Assembly: GCA_963578425.1 (NCBI GenBank)
Contig: CAUZCF010000001.1
Location: 1-50,330, forward strand
DNA length: 50,330 bases
Origin: Gammaproteobacteria bacterium
GTDB lineage: Bacteria > Pseudomonadota > Gammaproteobacteria > Steroidobacterales > UBA11654
Reading direction: 5' to 3'
Below the pieces are notes generated by a model. It was not told the DNA's origin. It saw nothing but the letters and a program-made list of their open reading frames with translations, and did not search any database. Below, piece by piece: positions 17,894-28,930 of this stretch (its first letter is position 1; every line of letters begins with the position of its first letter). A program made the translations under genes and the position numbers.

Positions 17894-19059
17894 TATGATC
17901 CTTTTACTGAGGTAACAATTTTTATCGCGGCATCGGTGAGGTCATCCGCCGGTATGATTTGCGCCCCTGCTTCTGCCAACATGTCTTTAGCTAAATCTAC
18001 ATTAGTGCCTTCCAATCTAACAACAATCGGAAAATCAATTTTAGATTCCTTTAAAGCTTCTGTAATGCCACTTGCAATAACATCACATCTAACGATACCT
18101 CCAAAAATATTAATAAGGATGCCCTTAACATTAGGGTTTTCCATGATAATTTCAAATGCAACTTTTACTCTTTCTGTGGTTGCACCACCCCCCACATCAA
18201 GAAAATTAGCAGGCTCGCCACCATGTAATTTAATTAAATCCATTGTTGCCATTGCTAAACCTGCCCCATTGACCATACAAGCAATATCTCCATCCAATGA
18301 AACATAGCTTAAATCATTCTCTGTGGCTTTAACTTCAAGTGCATGTTCCTGGTTAGGGTCTTTGTAATGCATCAATACTTCTTGTCTAAAAAGAGCATTA
18401 CTATCAATAGTTATTTTTGAGTCTAGGGCAATAAGATGATTGGTTGTATCAATAATAAGAGGGTTAATTTCAATTAAATTAGCATCAGTCTTTTTAGCCA
18501 ATAAAAAAAGTTTAGTCGTGATATCAATAAATTCTATGGTGGTCTCATTGATAAAACCAAGTTCTGTGGCCATATGAGATAATTCAGCTTCACTCAAGCC
18601 GTCAATAGGGTTTACAGTGTATTTGAGAATTTTATTTGGTGATTCATCTGCAACAACCTCAATATCCATTCCTCCTTCAGAGGAAGCAATAAAGGTCCAA
18701 GATTCTTTGGCTCGATCTATAAGTAGGCTTAAATAGAATTCAGATTTTATCTCTGTTCCACATTCAACATAGACGTAGTCAATTGGTAATCCGTTCTGAT
18801 CAGTTTGCTTTGTAATAAGGCGAGAACCCAACATGGAAGATGCAATACTCTCAACTTCATCAATATTATTCGTTATTTTAACTCCACCTGCTTTGCCTCT
18901 GCCTCCTGCATGAACCTGTGCTTTAATAACCCAAGTGTCACCACCTAGTTGCTCAGCAATAGACTTAGCCTTAACTGGAGATGAAGCCACAGCTCCTTTA
19001 AGAATAGGTATACCTGCATTCAAAAATAGTTCTTTTGACTGAAATTCGTGTAAATTCAT
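17893..19059 (-). CDS. sucC: succinate--CoA ligase subunit beta
   Basis: 388 aa with an ATP-grasp N-terminus [12 protein letters not shown]. The stop overlaps the sucD start by 1 nt. Confidence 0.95.
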   Translation of the reverse strand: MNLHEFQSKELFLNAGIPILKGAVASSPVKAKSIAEQLGGDTWVIKAQVHAGGRGKAGGVKITNNIDEVESIASSMLGSRLITKQTDQNGLPIDYVYVECGTEIKSEFYLSLLIDRAKESWTFIASSEGGMDIEVVADESPNKILKYTVNPIDGLSEAELSHMATELGFINETTIEFIDITTKLFLLAKKTDANLIEINPLIIDTTNHLIALDSKITIDSNALFRQEVLMHYKDPNQEHALEVKATENDLSYVSLDGDIACMVNGAGLAMATMDLIKLHGGEPANFLDVGGGATTERVKVAFEIIMENPNVKGILINIFGGIVRCDVIASGITEALKESKIDFPIVVRLEGTNVDLAKDMLAEAGAQIIPADDLTDAAIKIVTSVKGS

Positions 19060-19151
19060 CAGATGAGAAAATTTAAATAATTATTACTCAGTTATAACAA
19101 GAGGCTATTTTCATCTAAACTAGTAATGAATTAAACCTTTTTATTATTTTT

Positions 19152-19775
19152 ATGAAAGATACTTTAAAAATTGGATTAACAGGGGGCATTGCTTCAGGCA
19201 AATCAACTGTTTGTGACTTTTTCTCACAATTATCTGTTGAAATCATCGATGCAGATAAAATATCACATGATATAACGAAAAAGGATGGGCTCGCCTTTCA
19301 AGAAATTTTAGATCACTTTGGTAATAAGATACTGGGTTTAGATGGCGAATTAGATAGACAGAAATTAAGATCACTAATATTTAATGATGCAGCTGAAAAA
19401 AGAACCTTGGAAAAGATAATCCATCCAAAAGTACTTAATGAAATTAATAAAAATATCTCTGATTCAACCGCATCTTATTTAATAATAGCTGTCCCTCTCA
19501 TGATTGAAACAGGCATGAATAAATTAATGGATAGAGTTTTACTTATAGATTGCTCAATTGAAACTCAAGTCAGACGATTGATTGAAAGAGACAAATGCAC
19601 TAAACAACAAGCTCAGAGTATTATTGAAAACCAAGCAAGTTTAGAGAGCAAAAGAGCAATTTGTGATGATGTTATTGTTAATGAAGAAGGTACAAGTCTT
19701 GATCATCTCAAAACTGAAGTAATAAGACTAAACAGTTTTTACAGCAATCTAGAAATAAAAAGGTTACATAAATAA
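19152..19775 (+). CDS. coaE: dephospho-CoA kinase
   Basis: P-loop GLTGGIASGKST, ~200 aa, followed by zapD as in other gammaproteobacteria. Confidence 0.9.
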   Translation: MKDTLKIGLTGGIASGKSTVCDFFSQLSVEIIDADKISHDITKKDGLAFQEILDHFGNKILGLDGELDRQKLRSLIFNDAAEKRTLEKIIHPKVLNEINKNISDSTASYLIIAVPLMIETGMNKLMDRVLLIDCSIETQVRRLIERDKCTKQQAQSIIENQASLESKRAICDDVIVNEEGTSLDHLKTEVIRLNSFYSNLEIKRLHK

Positions 19776-19818
19776 CCCCAAGTGCTATTTTATAATTCTC
19801 TAACAATTGGTTTTATGT

Positions 19819-20577
19819 ATGGAACAAGGGGTATATGAACTTCCATTAAATGAAAGATTAAGGACATTCATGAGAATTGAATTCCTTTATGCTCGCCTAA
19901 AATACTTCTCATCCGATTTAAAAGACAGTTGGGAAACTCGGACAGTAATTCATAGTATCTTGGAAATATATTCAATTTTATCTAGAACTGATGTGCGCAG
20001 AGAAGTTTTAGCTGATTTGGATAGGTACATAATGCAAATGCAACGATTTCAGTCAGTTCCTGATGCTGATTCTGATATGGTTACAAATACCCTTGAAGAT
20101 CTAGAATTAATTAAAGAAGAAGTAGTCAATATAGGAACTGATTATCTCAAACCATTAAGGACAGATGGATTTATTGCATCTTTGTTACATCGGCATACTT
20201 TGCCAGGTGGTAAAGCTGAATTTGATTTACCTAAATACAAATTCTTTCTTGAAGGGGATAAGAAATTTGTTAGTAAAAAAATCACCACATGGGTTGATAT
20301 TGTCCGACCACTGAGTGAAGGCATTGATAAATTGATGTGGATCATAAGGGAAAGCAGTGAACCGATTGCAACGATAGCTGTCGGTGGTCAATACAATCAT
20401 CAAATAGAAAGGCGAACTCAAATTTCACTTGTGAGAATTTTTCTAAAAAATAAAAAAATATTCCCTGAAATTAGTGGTGGTAGGCACTTGATTGCCGTTC
20501 GGTTTTTTGAAAACATTGGGGATGATAATTATCAGCAATATCAAAAGAATGTTGATTTCAAAATTTCTCTTTGTTGA
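19819..20577 (+). CDS. zapD: cell division protein ZapD
   Basis: N-terminus MEQGVYELPLNERLRTFMRIEFLY resembles E. coli ZapD ([20 protein letters not shown]). Located downstream of coaE. The start is taken at ATG 19819 rather than TTG 19807. Confidence 0.8.
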   Translation: MEQGVYELPLNERLRTFMRIEFLYARLKYFSSDLKDSWETRTVIHSILEIYSILSRTDVRREVLADLDRYIMQMQRFQSVPDADSDMVTNTLEDLELIKEEVVNIGTDYLKPLRTDGFIASLLHRHTLPGGKAEFDLPKYKFFLEGDKKFVSKKITTWVDIVRPLSEGIDKLMWIIRESSEPIATIAVGGQYNHQIERRTQISLVRIFLKNKKIFPEISGGRHLIAVRFFENIGDDNYQQYQKNVDFKISLC

Positions 20578-20578
20578 T

Positions 20579-20977
20579 CTAGCTTAATAAATCATCAATA
20601 ACCACTATACTTCCAGGCAAGATTTTTTTTTCCTTAAGGCGCTCCTTGCTCACCCATATAATAGCCTCTTCTTCATTAGCAATGGGCTTACCTGAATAAC
20701 TGTTAACCCTATAAGGATGAAGTTCAATATTGAGGTTATCAAATTGACAAACAATAGAATCCATTGCATAGAATTCCTCAGCATTGATTGTGATCTCTTC
20801 TCTAAGCTCCCTGATTAGGGCATCCTCATTTGTTTCAGGAGGTTTAACCTTACCCCCAGGGAATTCTAGATAATCATCGTAGATAGGCTTAGTGCGCCTA
20901 GTTGATAAAAGGAACTCACCCTTTGAATTACCGATAATGCCGATTACTACCTGCAAAAGCTTTTTATTAATATTCAC
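20579..20977 (-). CDS. mutT: NUDIX hydrolase, MutT-like 8-oxo-dGTP diphosphatase
   Basis: Nudix box GGKVKPPETNEDALIRELREEI. 132 aa. Immediately downstream of secA, as in E. coli. Confidence 0.7.
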   Translation of the reverse strand: MNINKKLLQVVIGIIGNSKGEFLLSTRRTKPIYDDYLEFPGGKVKPPETNEDALIRELREEITINAEEFYAMDSIVCQFDNLNIELHPYRVNSYSGKPIANEEEAIIWVSKERLKEKKILPGSIVVIDDLLS

Positions 20978-20983
20978 AAAAAC

Positions 20984-23692
20984 CTATTGCTCTATAACCC
21001 CATGACATTTTTTATATTTTTTACCTGAACCACAAGGACATGGCTCATTCCTTCCTATTTTCTTCTGATCTCTTATAAAAGGTTTGGTTAATGTTTTTTC
21101 AGGTTCTGCTTTAGTGTCACCAGATTTAAATATAGAAGCATCTTTATGTTGAAGCTGAACTTCTTCAACATTTGGCATCTGCTTATTAACAGTCTCTGCA
21201 TCTTCTTCGCCTTTGAATCGTGCCCTAGAAAGAATACTAATTACATTAAATTTAAGCTGATCCATCATAAAAGAGAACATTTCAAAAGATTCTCTTTTGT
21301 ATTCCTGTTTTGGATTCTTTTGTGCGTAACCCCTTAAGTGAATCCCTTGCCTTAAATGATCCATTGCTGCAAGGTGTTCACGCCATTGCATATCCAGTTG
21401 CTGAAGCATTACAGCCTTTTCAATCTCTCTCATAGGTCTTTCGCCTATTGAGTTTTCTTTAGTGCTATAGTTTCGTGTGAATTCTTCATAAATAACCTTC
21501 CAAATATTGTCAGCATTTAATGAATCATCTTGATTTACAATTGATTCAAGATCTAAAGAAATCATAAAATCGTTATAAATAGACTGGCTCAAACCATCAA
21601 GATCCCACGTGTCTTCCATAGAATCCGGGTCGATGTATTGACTAGTCAATTCTTCAATAGCTTCTTCGCTTATCCCTTCAAGCATGTCATTGATACTTTC
21701 TGAAGTTAGAATGTCATTCCTTAATTGATAAATTACAGCTCTTTGATCATTAGCAACATCATCATATTCAAGAAGGTTTTTTCTCATATCATAATTATGT
21801 GATTCAACTTTTCTTTGAGCTCTTTCTATTTGACGAGTAAGTAAATTACTCTCAATAGCCTCACCCTCCTCCATACCAACTCGAGATAACATGCTCTGCG
21901 TTTTTTCAGGATCACCAAATATTCTTAATAAATCATCATCTAGAGATAAATAGAACCTACTTGAACCAGGATCTCCTTGTCGACCAGCTCGTCCTCTAAG
22001 CTGATTATCTATTCTTCTTGATTCATGACGTTCAGTGCCGATGATATGCAATCCCCCTGCCTCAATAACCATGTCATGTTTTGCCTGCCAATCCTCTTTG
22101 AGAAGTATAATTTTCTCATCGCTAAGCTCATCACCAGATAACTTTAATTGTGCTTCAAAATTACCCCCCAGAACAATGTCAGTTCCTCTACCTGCCATAT
22201 TAGTAGCAATGGTTACTGCCCCTGGTTGTCCTGCTTGAGCAATTATTGTTGATTCTCTTTTATGTTGCTTGGCATTCAATACTTCATGCTTGATACCTTC
22301 TTTGTTTAAAAGACTTGAGATGTATTCTGAATTTTCTATTGAGGCAGTTCCAACTAAAATTGGCTGATTATTTTCTTGCCTATTCTTAATATCTTTAATG
22401 ATATTGTTAAATTTACCGTCTCTATTTAAATACACTAAATCAGCTTGATCATCTCTAATCATTGGTTCATCAGTAGGTATAACAACCACTTCTAAACCAT
22501 AAATTTGCTGAAATTCAAAAGCCTCTGTGTCAGCAGTACCAGTCATTCCAGAAAGTTTGTCATAGAGTCTAAAATAGTTCTGAAAAGTAATTGATGCTAT
22601 GGTTTGATTCTCTTCTTTAATCCTCAAGCTTTCTTTTGCTTCAACCGCTTGGTGAAGTCCATCAGACCAGCGTCTTCCTGCCATAGTTCGTCCAGTGAAT
22701 TCATCAACAATGATCACTTCTCCATCTTGGACAATATAATCAACATCCTTATTAAAGAGTTTATGCGCCCTAATTGCAGCGTTAATATGATGCATATATC
22801 TTATATTTTTTGGGTCATACAAACTTTCACCTTCCTCCAATAAATTCATCTTCATTAAAATTGTTTCTACGTTTGCATGCCCTTTTTCAGTGAGGTAGAT
22901 TTGTTTGGTTTTTTCATCAATCGTATAATCATTTGTCTCTGATTCATTGATGGCAGGATTTAATTGGTTAACGATTGAATTTATTTTTTGATATAACTCA
23001 GTACTTTGATCTGCTTGACCAGAAATAATTAAAGGCGTTCTCGCTTCATCAATAAGAATCGAATCAACCTCATCAACAATAGCAAAAGCAAGTTTGCCTT
23101 GAGATTGAGAATCACTTTCATAAGATAAATTGTCTCTTAAATAATCAAAACCAAACTCATTGTTTGTGCCATAAGTAATATTACATTGATAGGCCGCCTT
23201 CTTTTCTGCTGCATTCTGATTTGATCTAATACAACCCACTGTTAAACCTAAAAATTCATAAATAGGCTTCATCCATTCAGCATCTCTCTCTGCCAAGTAT
23301 TCATTAACAGTAACAATATGCACACTACTAGATAGTGAGTTTAAATAAGCAGGCAATGTTGAAACTAAAGTTTTACCTTCTCCTGTTTTCATTTCAGAAA
23401 TTTTTCCATGATGTAAAGTGATGCCTCCAATCAATTGAACATCATAATGTCTAAGTCCAAGAGTTCTTATTGAAGCTTCTCTAACCACTGCAAAAGCCAA
23501 TGGTAAAAGGCTGTCTAGGTCTTTATTTGACTCATAAAGAGATTTCAGTTCATCAGTTTTTGCTGATAAATCACTATCATTTAAGGCAGTGATTTCATCC
23601 TCTAAGGCATTAATCTTATGAACAATCTTGGAATACTGATTCAATAATCTTTGATTGCTGCTACCAAAAATTCTTTTAAATAATTCTTTCAA
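20984..23692 (-). CDS. secA: preprotein translocase ATPase SecA
   Basis: 902 aa with a DEAD-like motor ([29 protein letters not shown]) and a C-terminal zinc-binding [14 protein letters not shown]. Confidence 0.97.
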   Translation of the reverse strand: MKELFKRIFGSSNQRLLNQYSKIVHKINALEDEITALNDSDLSAKTDELKSLYESNKDLDSLLPLAFAVVREASIRTLGLRHYDVQLIGGITLHHGKISEMKTGEGKTLVSTLPAYLNSLSSSVHIVTVNEYLAERDAEWMKPIYEFLGLTVGCIRSNQNAAEKKAAYQCNITYGTNNEFGFDYLRDNLSYESDSQSQGKLAFAIVDEVDSILIDEARTPLIISGQADQSTELYQKINSIVNQLNPAINESETNDYTIDEKTKQIYLTEKGHANVETILMKMNLLEEGESLYDPKNIRYMHHINAAIRAHKLFNKDVDYIVQDGEVIIVDEFTGRTMAGRRWSDGLHQAVEAKESLRIKEENQTIASITFQNYFRLYDKLSGMTGTADTEAFEFQQIYGLEVVVIPTDEPMIRDDQADLVYLNRDGKFNNIIKDIKNRQENNQPILVGTASIENSEYISSLLNKEGIKHEVLNAKQHKRESTIIAQAGQPGAVTIATNMAGRGTDIVLGGNFEAQLKLSGDELSDEKIILLKEDWQAKHDMVIEAGGLHIIGTERHESRRIDNQLRGRAGRQGDPGSSRFYLSLDDDLLRIFGDPEKTQSMLSRVGMEEGEAIESNLLTRQIERAQRKVESHNYDMRKNLLEYDDVANDQRAVIYQLRNDILTSESINDMLEGISEEAIEELTSQYIDPDSMEDTWDLDGLSQSIYNDFMISLDLESIVNQDDSLNADNIWKVIYEEFTRNYSTKENSIGERPMREIEKAVMLQQLDMQWREHLAAMDHLRQGIHLRGYAQKNPKQEYKRESFEMFSFMMDQLKFNVISILSRARFKGEEDAETVNKQMPNVEEVQLQHKDASIFKSGDTKAEPEKTLTKPFIRDQKKIGRNEPCPCGSGKKYKKCHGVIEQ

Positions 23693-23820
23693 AAGTTGCC
23701 TCAGATATTAATTAGATCAGAAGTAAATATAAGTATTTAAGTTTATTAGGTTTTATGAACTGCTATTATAACCTGAAGGTAAAAAATATTATCATTGATA
23801 AATAGATAGATGGAAATGCA

Positions 23821-24111
23821 ATGAAACACATTTCAGAAGTGCTAAAGAATAACTTAAGTAATTTTAAGAAAATCTCAGAATCCTTAGATCAAAAAACTAT
23901 TATTTTAAAGAGTTTAAAGAAAAATATGGGTGAACTAGGTCAGCATATAACTGCTGCATATCTTGAAAAAAATAATACATTAATTATTGAATCAATTAAT
24001 TCTGAAGCTTCATCAAGAATACGGTTTGAAGAACTAAGAATAAAAAAAATTTGTGCACAATTAGGAGTTGTTCCTAAGAAAATAAAGTGTTTGGTCAAAC
24101 AAGGTTACTAA
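23821..24111 (+). CDS. small DUF721/DciA-like protein (tentative)
   Basis: 96 aa. The pattern ...[51 protein letters not shown] resembles the DUF721 consensus as I recall it. Lies between secA and lpxC. Assignment by eye only. Confidence 0.45.
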   Translation: MKHISEVLKNNLSNFKKISESLDQKTIILKSLKKNMGELGQHITAAYLEKNNTLIIESINSEASSRIRFEELRIKKICAQLGVVPKKIKCLVKQGY

Positions 24112-25022
24112 GCTTTACCTAAAGCTGCAGTCCAATAAGAGATAGGTATGTCTGTAATTTCTGACTCCTCGACCTCTTCCCAGGCAGATTCATCCGCGTA
24201 AAGTTTTCTTATCAGCTTATTATTTAGCTCATGACCAGATTTATAACCATTAAACTCTCCAACCAAAATATGGCCCATGAGATATAAATCACCAATGGCA
24301 TCCAAAATTTTATGTCTAACTAATTCATCCTCAAATCTTAATCCATCTTGATTTAAGATACGATAGTCATCAAGGACGATAGCATTATCTAAGCTACCAC
24401 CTAGGGCTAAATTATTTGCTCTCAATGTTTCAATTTCTTTTAGAAAGCCAAAAGTCCTAGCTCTTGATATCTCATTGAGGAAGGTTAGAGTAGAAAAATC
24501 AAAGCTAAACTCTGTTAATTTATGCTGAATCATAGGGTGCTCGAATTCAATTTTAAAACTTAGTCGATAGCCATTAAAAGGTTTAAATTCAGCAAATTTG
24601 TCATCTTCTTCAACTTTGACATTTTTTTTAATTCTCAGAAATTTCTTTGGTGCACTTTGTTCTATGATGCCCGCTAACTCAACTAATAAGATAAATGATG
24701 CAGCACTCCCATCCATTATAGGTACCTCAGGTCCATGAATATCAATACAAGCATTATCAATTCCTAAACCTGCAAAAGCAGCTAAAAGATGCTCAACAGT
24801 CATCACTGAGACATTATTTTGGGAGATAGTGGTTCCTAATCGAGTATCAGTTACATTGTTAGCATGAGCCTTGATTTCTTGTGTGGGGTCACAGTCGACT
24901 CTTCTAAAACGAATTCCTGAATTTTCAGATGCAGGCCTTAAGGTTATTTCAACCTTTTCACCACTGTGCAATCCTACACCTGCTGCAGATATAGTTTTAC
25001 CTAAGGTTCGTTGATGAAGCAT
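24108..25022 (-). CDS. lpxC: UDP-3-O-acyl-N-acetylglucosamine deacetylase
   Basis: 304 aa. N-terminus [24 protein letters not shown], plus TVEHLLAA and HK..D motifs. Confidence 0.95.
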   Translation of the reverse strand: MLHQRTLGKTISAAGVGLHSGEKVEITLRPASENSGIRFRRVDCDPTQEIKAHANNVTDTRLGTTISQNNVSVMTVEHLLAAFAGLGIDNACIDIHGPEVPIMDGSAASFILLVELAGIIEQSAPKKFLRIKKNVKVEEDDKFAEFKPFNGYRLSFKIEFEHPMIQHKLTEFSFDFSTLTFLNEISRARTFGFLKEIETLRANNLALGGSLDNAIVLDDYRILNQDGLRFEDELVRHKILDAIGDLYLMGHILVGEFNGYKSGHELNNKLIRKLYADESAWEEVEESEITDIPISYWTAALGKA

Positions 25023-25117
25023 TATCTTAAACCCCCTTTTTTTCTTAGAAACCTCTAAAACAGCTAAAGACTATCACAAATAAAGATTATTACTCAAGTC
25101 TTTGTTTTTATTGGGAA

Positions 25118-26350
25118 TTAAAGATTTGAGTTAAACCAAGCTTTCATTTTTTCAATCAATGAGGCAGAAGACTTTTGCTTTATTAATTCTTCAGGGTTTG
25201 ATTTAAACTTTTTAAGCGCATATAACAGTAACCCTGCTCCTGTTGCATTTTCTGGGCTATTAATGGTTTCAAAAGCCCCACTCATTGGTCGGGGATAACC
25301 AAGTCTAACATCAGAAGAGAACACTTCCTCTGCTAATTGAACAGCCCCACTAAGCAGTGAAGTGCCTCCCGTAAGCACAATACCGGCTCTAAGATTTTTA
25401 GTGTTCATCTTGCCAATTTCATCTAATACAACTTCAAATAATTCTTGATAACGTTGCTCTACAACTGTTGAGAGAACTTTTATTTCAGTTTGTCTGGGAG
25501 CACGATCACCGACACTGGGTACTTCAATCATGTCATTAGATCCGTTCAATTGAGATAGTGTACAGGCGTGTTTTATTTTTATTTCTTCAGCACTATCAAT
25601 TGGGGTTTTTAACTCATGAGCAATATCTATGGTTACATGATCTCCACCAATAGGTATAACTTTTGTCGTAAGAATTTGGCCATCTTTAAAAATAGCAATA
25701 TCAGTTGTGCCACCTCCAATATCAATGAGGCAGACTCCTAGATCTTTCTCATCTTTGGTTAATACAGACATACTAGATGCAAGAGGCTCTAATACAATTT
25801 CCTGCACCTCCAGATTACAACGTTCAAGTGATTTAACAATATTCTCCTCAGCACTTCTTGAGATAGTGACAATGTGAACATCTGCCTCTAAACGGATACC
25901 AGACATTCCTATAGGATCTCTAATTCCATCCTGACCGTCTATGACATAATCTTTTGGTAACACGTGCAATATTCTCTCTTCAGAGGGTATTTTCATGGCT
26001 TTAGAAGCATCAATAGCCCCAGCTATATCATGAAGGTTAACCTCCCCGCTACTGATTCTGACAAAACCATGCCCATCATAGCTCCTTACATGACTTCCAG
26101 CTATTCCTGCAAAGACTGTATTAATCTCACACTCTGCTATCTTTTCTGCTTGCTCTATGGCCTTAGCAATGGAATCAATAGTGGCTTCTATATTGACAAC
26201 CACTCCTTTTTTTAGGCCTGTGGATCTACTGAAACCTGCTCCGATAATTTTTAGCTCAGCATCATCATTAATCTCTGCTATAAGAGCAACTATTTTAGAT
26301 GTACCAATGTCAATGGCAGCTATGATTTCAGTGGAGTTATTTCTGGACAT
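25118..26350 (-). CDS. ftsA: cell division protein FtsA
   Basis: 410 aa actin-like ATPase (AIDIGTSKIVALI, DIGGGTTDIAIF). Confidence 0.95.
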   Translation of the reverse strand: MSRNNSTEIIAAIDIGTSKIVALIAEINDDAELKIIGAGFSRSTGLKKGVVVNIEATIDSIAKAIEQAEKIAECEINTVFAGIAGSHVRSYDGHGFVRISSGEVNLHDIAGAIDASKAMKIPSEERILHVLPKDYVIDGQDGIRDPIGMSGIRLEADVHIVTISRSAEENIVKSLERCNLEVQEIVLEPLASSMSVLTKDEKDLGVCLIDIGGGTTDIAIFKDGQILTTKVIPIGGDHVTIDIAHELKTPIDSAEEIKIKHACTLSQLNGSNDMIEVPSVGDRAPRQTEIKVLSTVVEQRYQELFEVVLDEIGKMNTKNLRAGIVLTGGTSLLSGAVQLAEEVFSSDVRLGYPRPMSGAFETINSPENATGAGLLLYALKKFKSNPEELIKQKSSASLIEKMKAWFNSNL

Positions 26351-26362
26351 TATATTTTCAAC

Positions 26363-27157
26363 CTAATTCTTCCGTTTTATGACAAAACCTTCTGCATACC
26401 TAAGATCAATATAAGAAATTAATTCAAAATTTTCTAATAGAGATTTATCCCAAATCATTAAAAATCTATTAAATCTTTCATCTGTGTTCTGCTCCCCTAA
26501 TTTGATCTCTATACCTGGTCTCACTGTTAGACTCCAAGAGCCTCTTAAATCAAGGCCTATTTTTTCTATTAGAATACCTCTAGCAATCAATTCATTATTA
26601 TACAGTTTGAATTGCTTATAGACTTCATCAACTAAATCTTCGGGGCCGAAAAACTGTATTAACTCACCTGGAATAACTCTTTTATCCAAAGCATATAAAC
26701 TGCCAGATGAATTCAACAAGAGTTCATTATTCCATATTCCGACTACATCATCTTCAATTACATTGATGTTAACAGTGTCAGGCCACTCTTTAGATATCTG
26801 AACTAACTTCACCCAATCAAAAGATTCCAATTTCTTTCTAAATAAGGATTGTCTAAGACCCAAAAACCCCTTATTTTTCATTTCTGAGGTAATAGATTGG
26901 ATCGTTTTTAATGACACCCGTTTAAAATCACCTTCTATATTGATCACACGAATGGGTTGATTTAAAGACACATAAATAAACGACAGTATTAGAGTAAATA
27001 TTACAACAAGTAAGAGCGGCTTATAGGAACGTTTATTTTTGTTCCTTCGACGAAATTTACTAAAGAAATTAAAACGGGTTTGTTTCTTTTTATTCTTCTT
27101 AGTTTTTTTTAGGAAACTCAATTTAATCAAGACTGGTTTTTTAAAATTTCTAAACAA
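26363..27157 (-). CDS. ftsQ: cell division protein FtsQ (start uncertain: TTG 27157 or TTG 27130)
   Basis: A single TM segment (LLLVVIFTLILSFIYV) followed by POTRA/FtsQ-type domains, positioned between ddl and ftsA. Both candidate starts are TTG. The N-terminus is very basic. Confidence 0.8.
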   Translation of the reverse strand: MFRNFKKPVLIKLSFLKKTKKNKKKQTRFNFFSKFRRRNKNKRSYKPLLLVVIFTLILSFIYVSLNQPIRVINIEGDFKRVSLKTIQSITSEMKNKGFLGLRQSLFRKKLESFDWVKLVQISKEWPDTVNINVIEDDVVGIWNNELLLNSSGSLYALDKRVIPGELIQFFGPEDLVDEVYKQFKLYNNELIARGILIEKIGLDLRGSWSLTVRPGIEIKLGEQNTDERFNRFLMIWDKSLLENFELISYIDLRYAEGFVIKRKN

Positions 27158-28047
27158 AGGGTGTTGAAATCTATTCCTTGTTCTTTAGCTGCCATTGGCA
27201 CTAAGCTATGGGTTGTCATACCAGGAACAGTATTTATTTCAAGAATCACTGGTCGATGGTCATCGTTTAAAAAAAAGTCTACTCTTCCCCACCCTCTTAT
27301 ATTAAAAAGTTCAAAAATAAATAAACACTCTTTCTTGATACTCTCTTCAACTTCTTTATCAAGCTCACTTGGGCAAATATATTTTGTTTCATCGCTAAGA
27401 TACTTAGCTTCATAGTTATAAAACTCTTCATTACTGGCATCAATTTTTACCAAGGGCAGCACCTTATCTGCTAAGAATCCTGCGGTGTATTCAGGTCCAT
27501 CAAAATATTCTTCAGCAATTAACCAATCATTTAATTGGTGAATTTCTAAATATTTCTCATTATATTGATCCTCATCTTTGATAATAAAAATACCCAAACT
27601 AGATCCTTGAGAACACGGCTTAATAATGAATGGAGATCCTAAAGTATCTGAGATTTCTAAGAAAGTTGTTGTGTCATCCAGTATCAAAAAATCTGGTGTT
27701 TGGTGATTATTAGCAATAAGGACTTTTTTCGTAAATAACTTATTCATGGTCAAAGAACAACTCAAGGTACGACTACCCGTAAACGGTATATCTGATAATT
27801 CCAACAAACTTTGAATTTTCCCATCCTCCCCGTCTGCTCCATGGAGAGCTATCCAAACATTATTGAATTTTTCATCTAATAATCGCTTTATAAAAGGTTC
27901 TTTGGTATCGATTAGATGAGCATCGACTCCTTTTATTTTTAAAGCGTTATAAACAGCTTCACCAGAAATTAGAGAAATTTCCCGTTCTGATGAATTACCG
28001 CCGTACAAAACAGCAACTTTCCCAAAACCATTATTTGTTTTTGACAC
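27127..28047 (-). CDS. ddl: D-alanine--D-alanine ligase
   Basis: 306 aa ATP-grasp enzyme (VAVLYGGNSSEREISLISG, GRVDFFL, EINTVPGMT). Confidence 0.95.
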   Translation of the reverse strand: MSKTNNGFGKVAVLYGGNSSEREISLISGEAVYNALKIKGVDAHLIDTKEPFIKRLLDEKFNNVWIALHGADGEDGKIQSLLELSDIPFTGSRTLSCSLTMNKLFTKKVLIANNHQTPDFLILDDTTTFLEISDTLGSPFIIKPCSQGSSLGIFIIKDEDQYNEKYLEIHQLNDWLIAEEYFDGPEYTAGFLADKVLPLVKIDASNEEFYNYEAKYLSDETKYICPSELDKEVEESIKKECLFIFELFNIRGWGRVDFFLNDDHRPVILEINTVPGMTTHSLVPMAAKEQGIDFNTLCLEILKNQS

Positions 28048-28930
28048 TTAATTTCTCGCCTATGATTCTAACTTCAGTCTCTAATTCTACATCAAACTGG
28101 CTACTGACAATTTCTTGAACATATTCAATCAGGTCCTCAATATTTTCTGATGTAGCATTACCCTCATTGACAATAAAATTTGCATGCTTAGTCGATATAG
28201 AAGATCCACCAATTCTATAACCCTTCAAACCTGCTCTCTCAATAAAATCTCCAGCATGTCCTTTCTCTGGATTCTTGAAAACTGACCCGCAAGTATCCTC
28301 GCTCAGTGGTTGCGTTTTAATTCTCTGATCTCTCAATTCTTTTAGCTCAGATTTAGTTGTAATCTCAGAATTAGGAAATTTCATTCGACAAGATAAAAAC
28401 CAAAGAGGAAATGGGAAATGTACTGTCCTGTAAGACAATGAGAAGTCATTAGGGTTCAAATGATGAATCATTCCTTTTTTATCAATCACCTCCACAGATT
28501 CCACAAAATCCCATGTTTCATAGCCAAAAGAACCCGCATTCATTACTAGAGCCCCTCCGATAGATCCTGGGATTCCAGAGAAAAATGCTGCTGGGCCTAT
28601 TTTATTTTTTTCAGCAAACAATGCTAAATCCATACATGAAGCTCCTGCCTCCACTCTACAAGTATTATCTGCTTCTTTCTTAATCTCATTCAGAGATTTT
28701 TTTGTTGAAATAACGACACCCCTAATACCGCCATCCCTAACTAAGACATTGGTACCATTCCCCAGCCATGTGATGGGCTTATTATGGTTTAATTTTAAAA
28801 ATTGAGACAAATCATCACGATTCTCAGGTGTAAAGAAAGTATCTGCCGGTCCTCCTACTTTCCAAGAAGTATGTTTAGATAGTAACTCATTCGAAAGACA
28901 TTGATCTTTGGGTTTTTTAAACACCGTCAA
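28031..28930 (-). CDS. murB: UDP-N-acetylenolpyruvoylglucosamine reductase
   Basis: 299 aa with an FAD-binding PCMH domain (GNGTNVLVRD, GIPGSIGGALVMNAGS) and C-terminal GGSSISTKHANFIVN. Confidence 0.92.
   Translation of the reverse strand: MTVFKKPKDQCLSNELLSKHTSWKVGGPADTFFTPENRDDLSQFLKLNHNKPITWLGNGTNVLVRDGGIRGVVISTKKSLNEIKKEADNTCRVEAGASCMDLALFAEKNKIGPAAFFSGIPGSIGGALVMNAGSFGYETWDFVESVEVIDKKGMIHHLNPNDFSLSYRTVHFPFPLWFLSCRMKFPNSEITTKSELKELRDQRIKTQPLSEDTCGSVFKNPEKGHAGDFIERAGLKGYRIGGSSISTKHANFIVNEGNATSENIEDLIEYVQEIVSSQFDVELETEVRIIGEKLSVKNK

Noticed and set aside
17469-18307. ORFs of 122 and 123 aa on the + strand opposite sucD and sucC
   Set aside because: They are antisense shadow frames of highly conserved genes with Ser/Pro/Thr-rich nonsense-like composition. 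No start context or independent support.
23693-23820. Possible secM-like secretion-monitor leader for secA
   Set aside because: There is no ORF on the secA strand in this gap. The neighbouring small ORF (23821-24111) is on the opposite strand.
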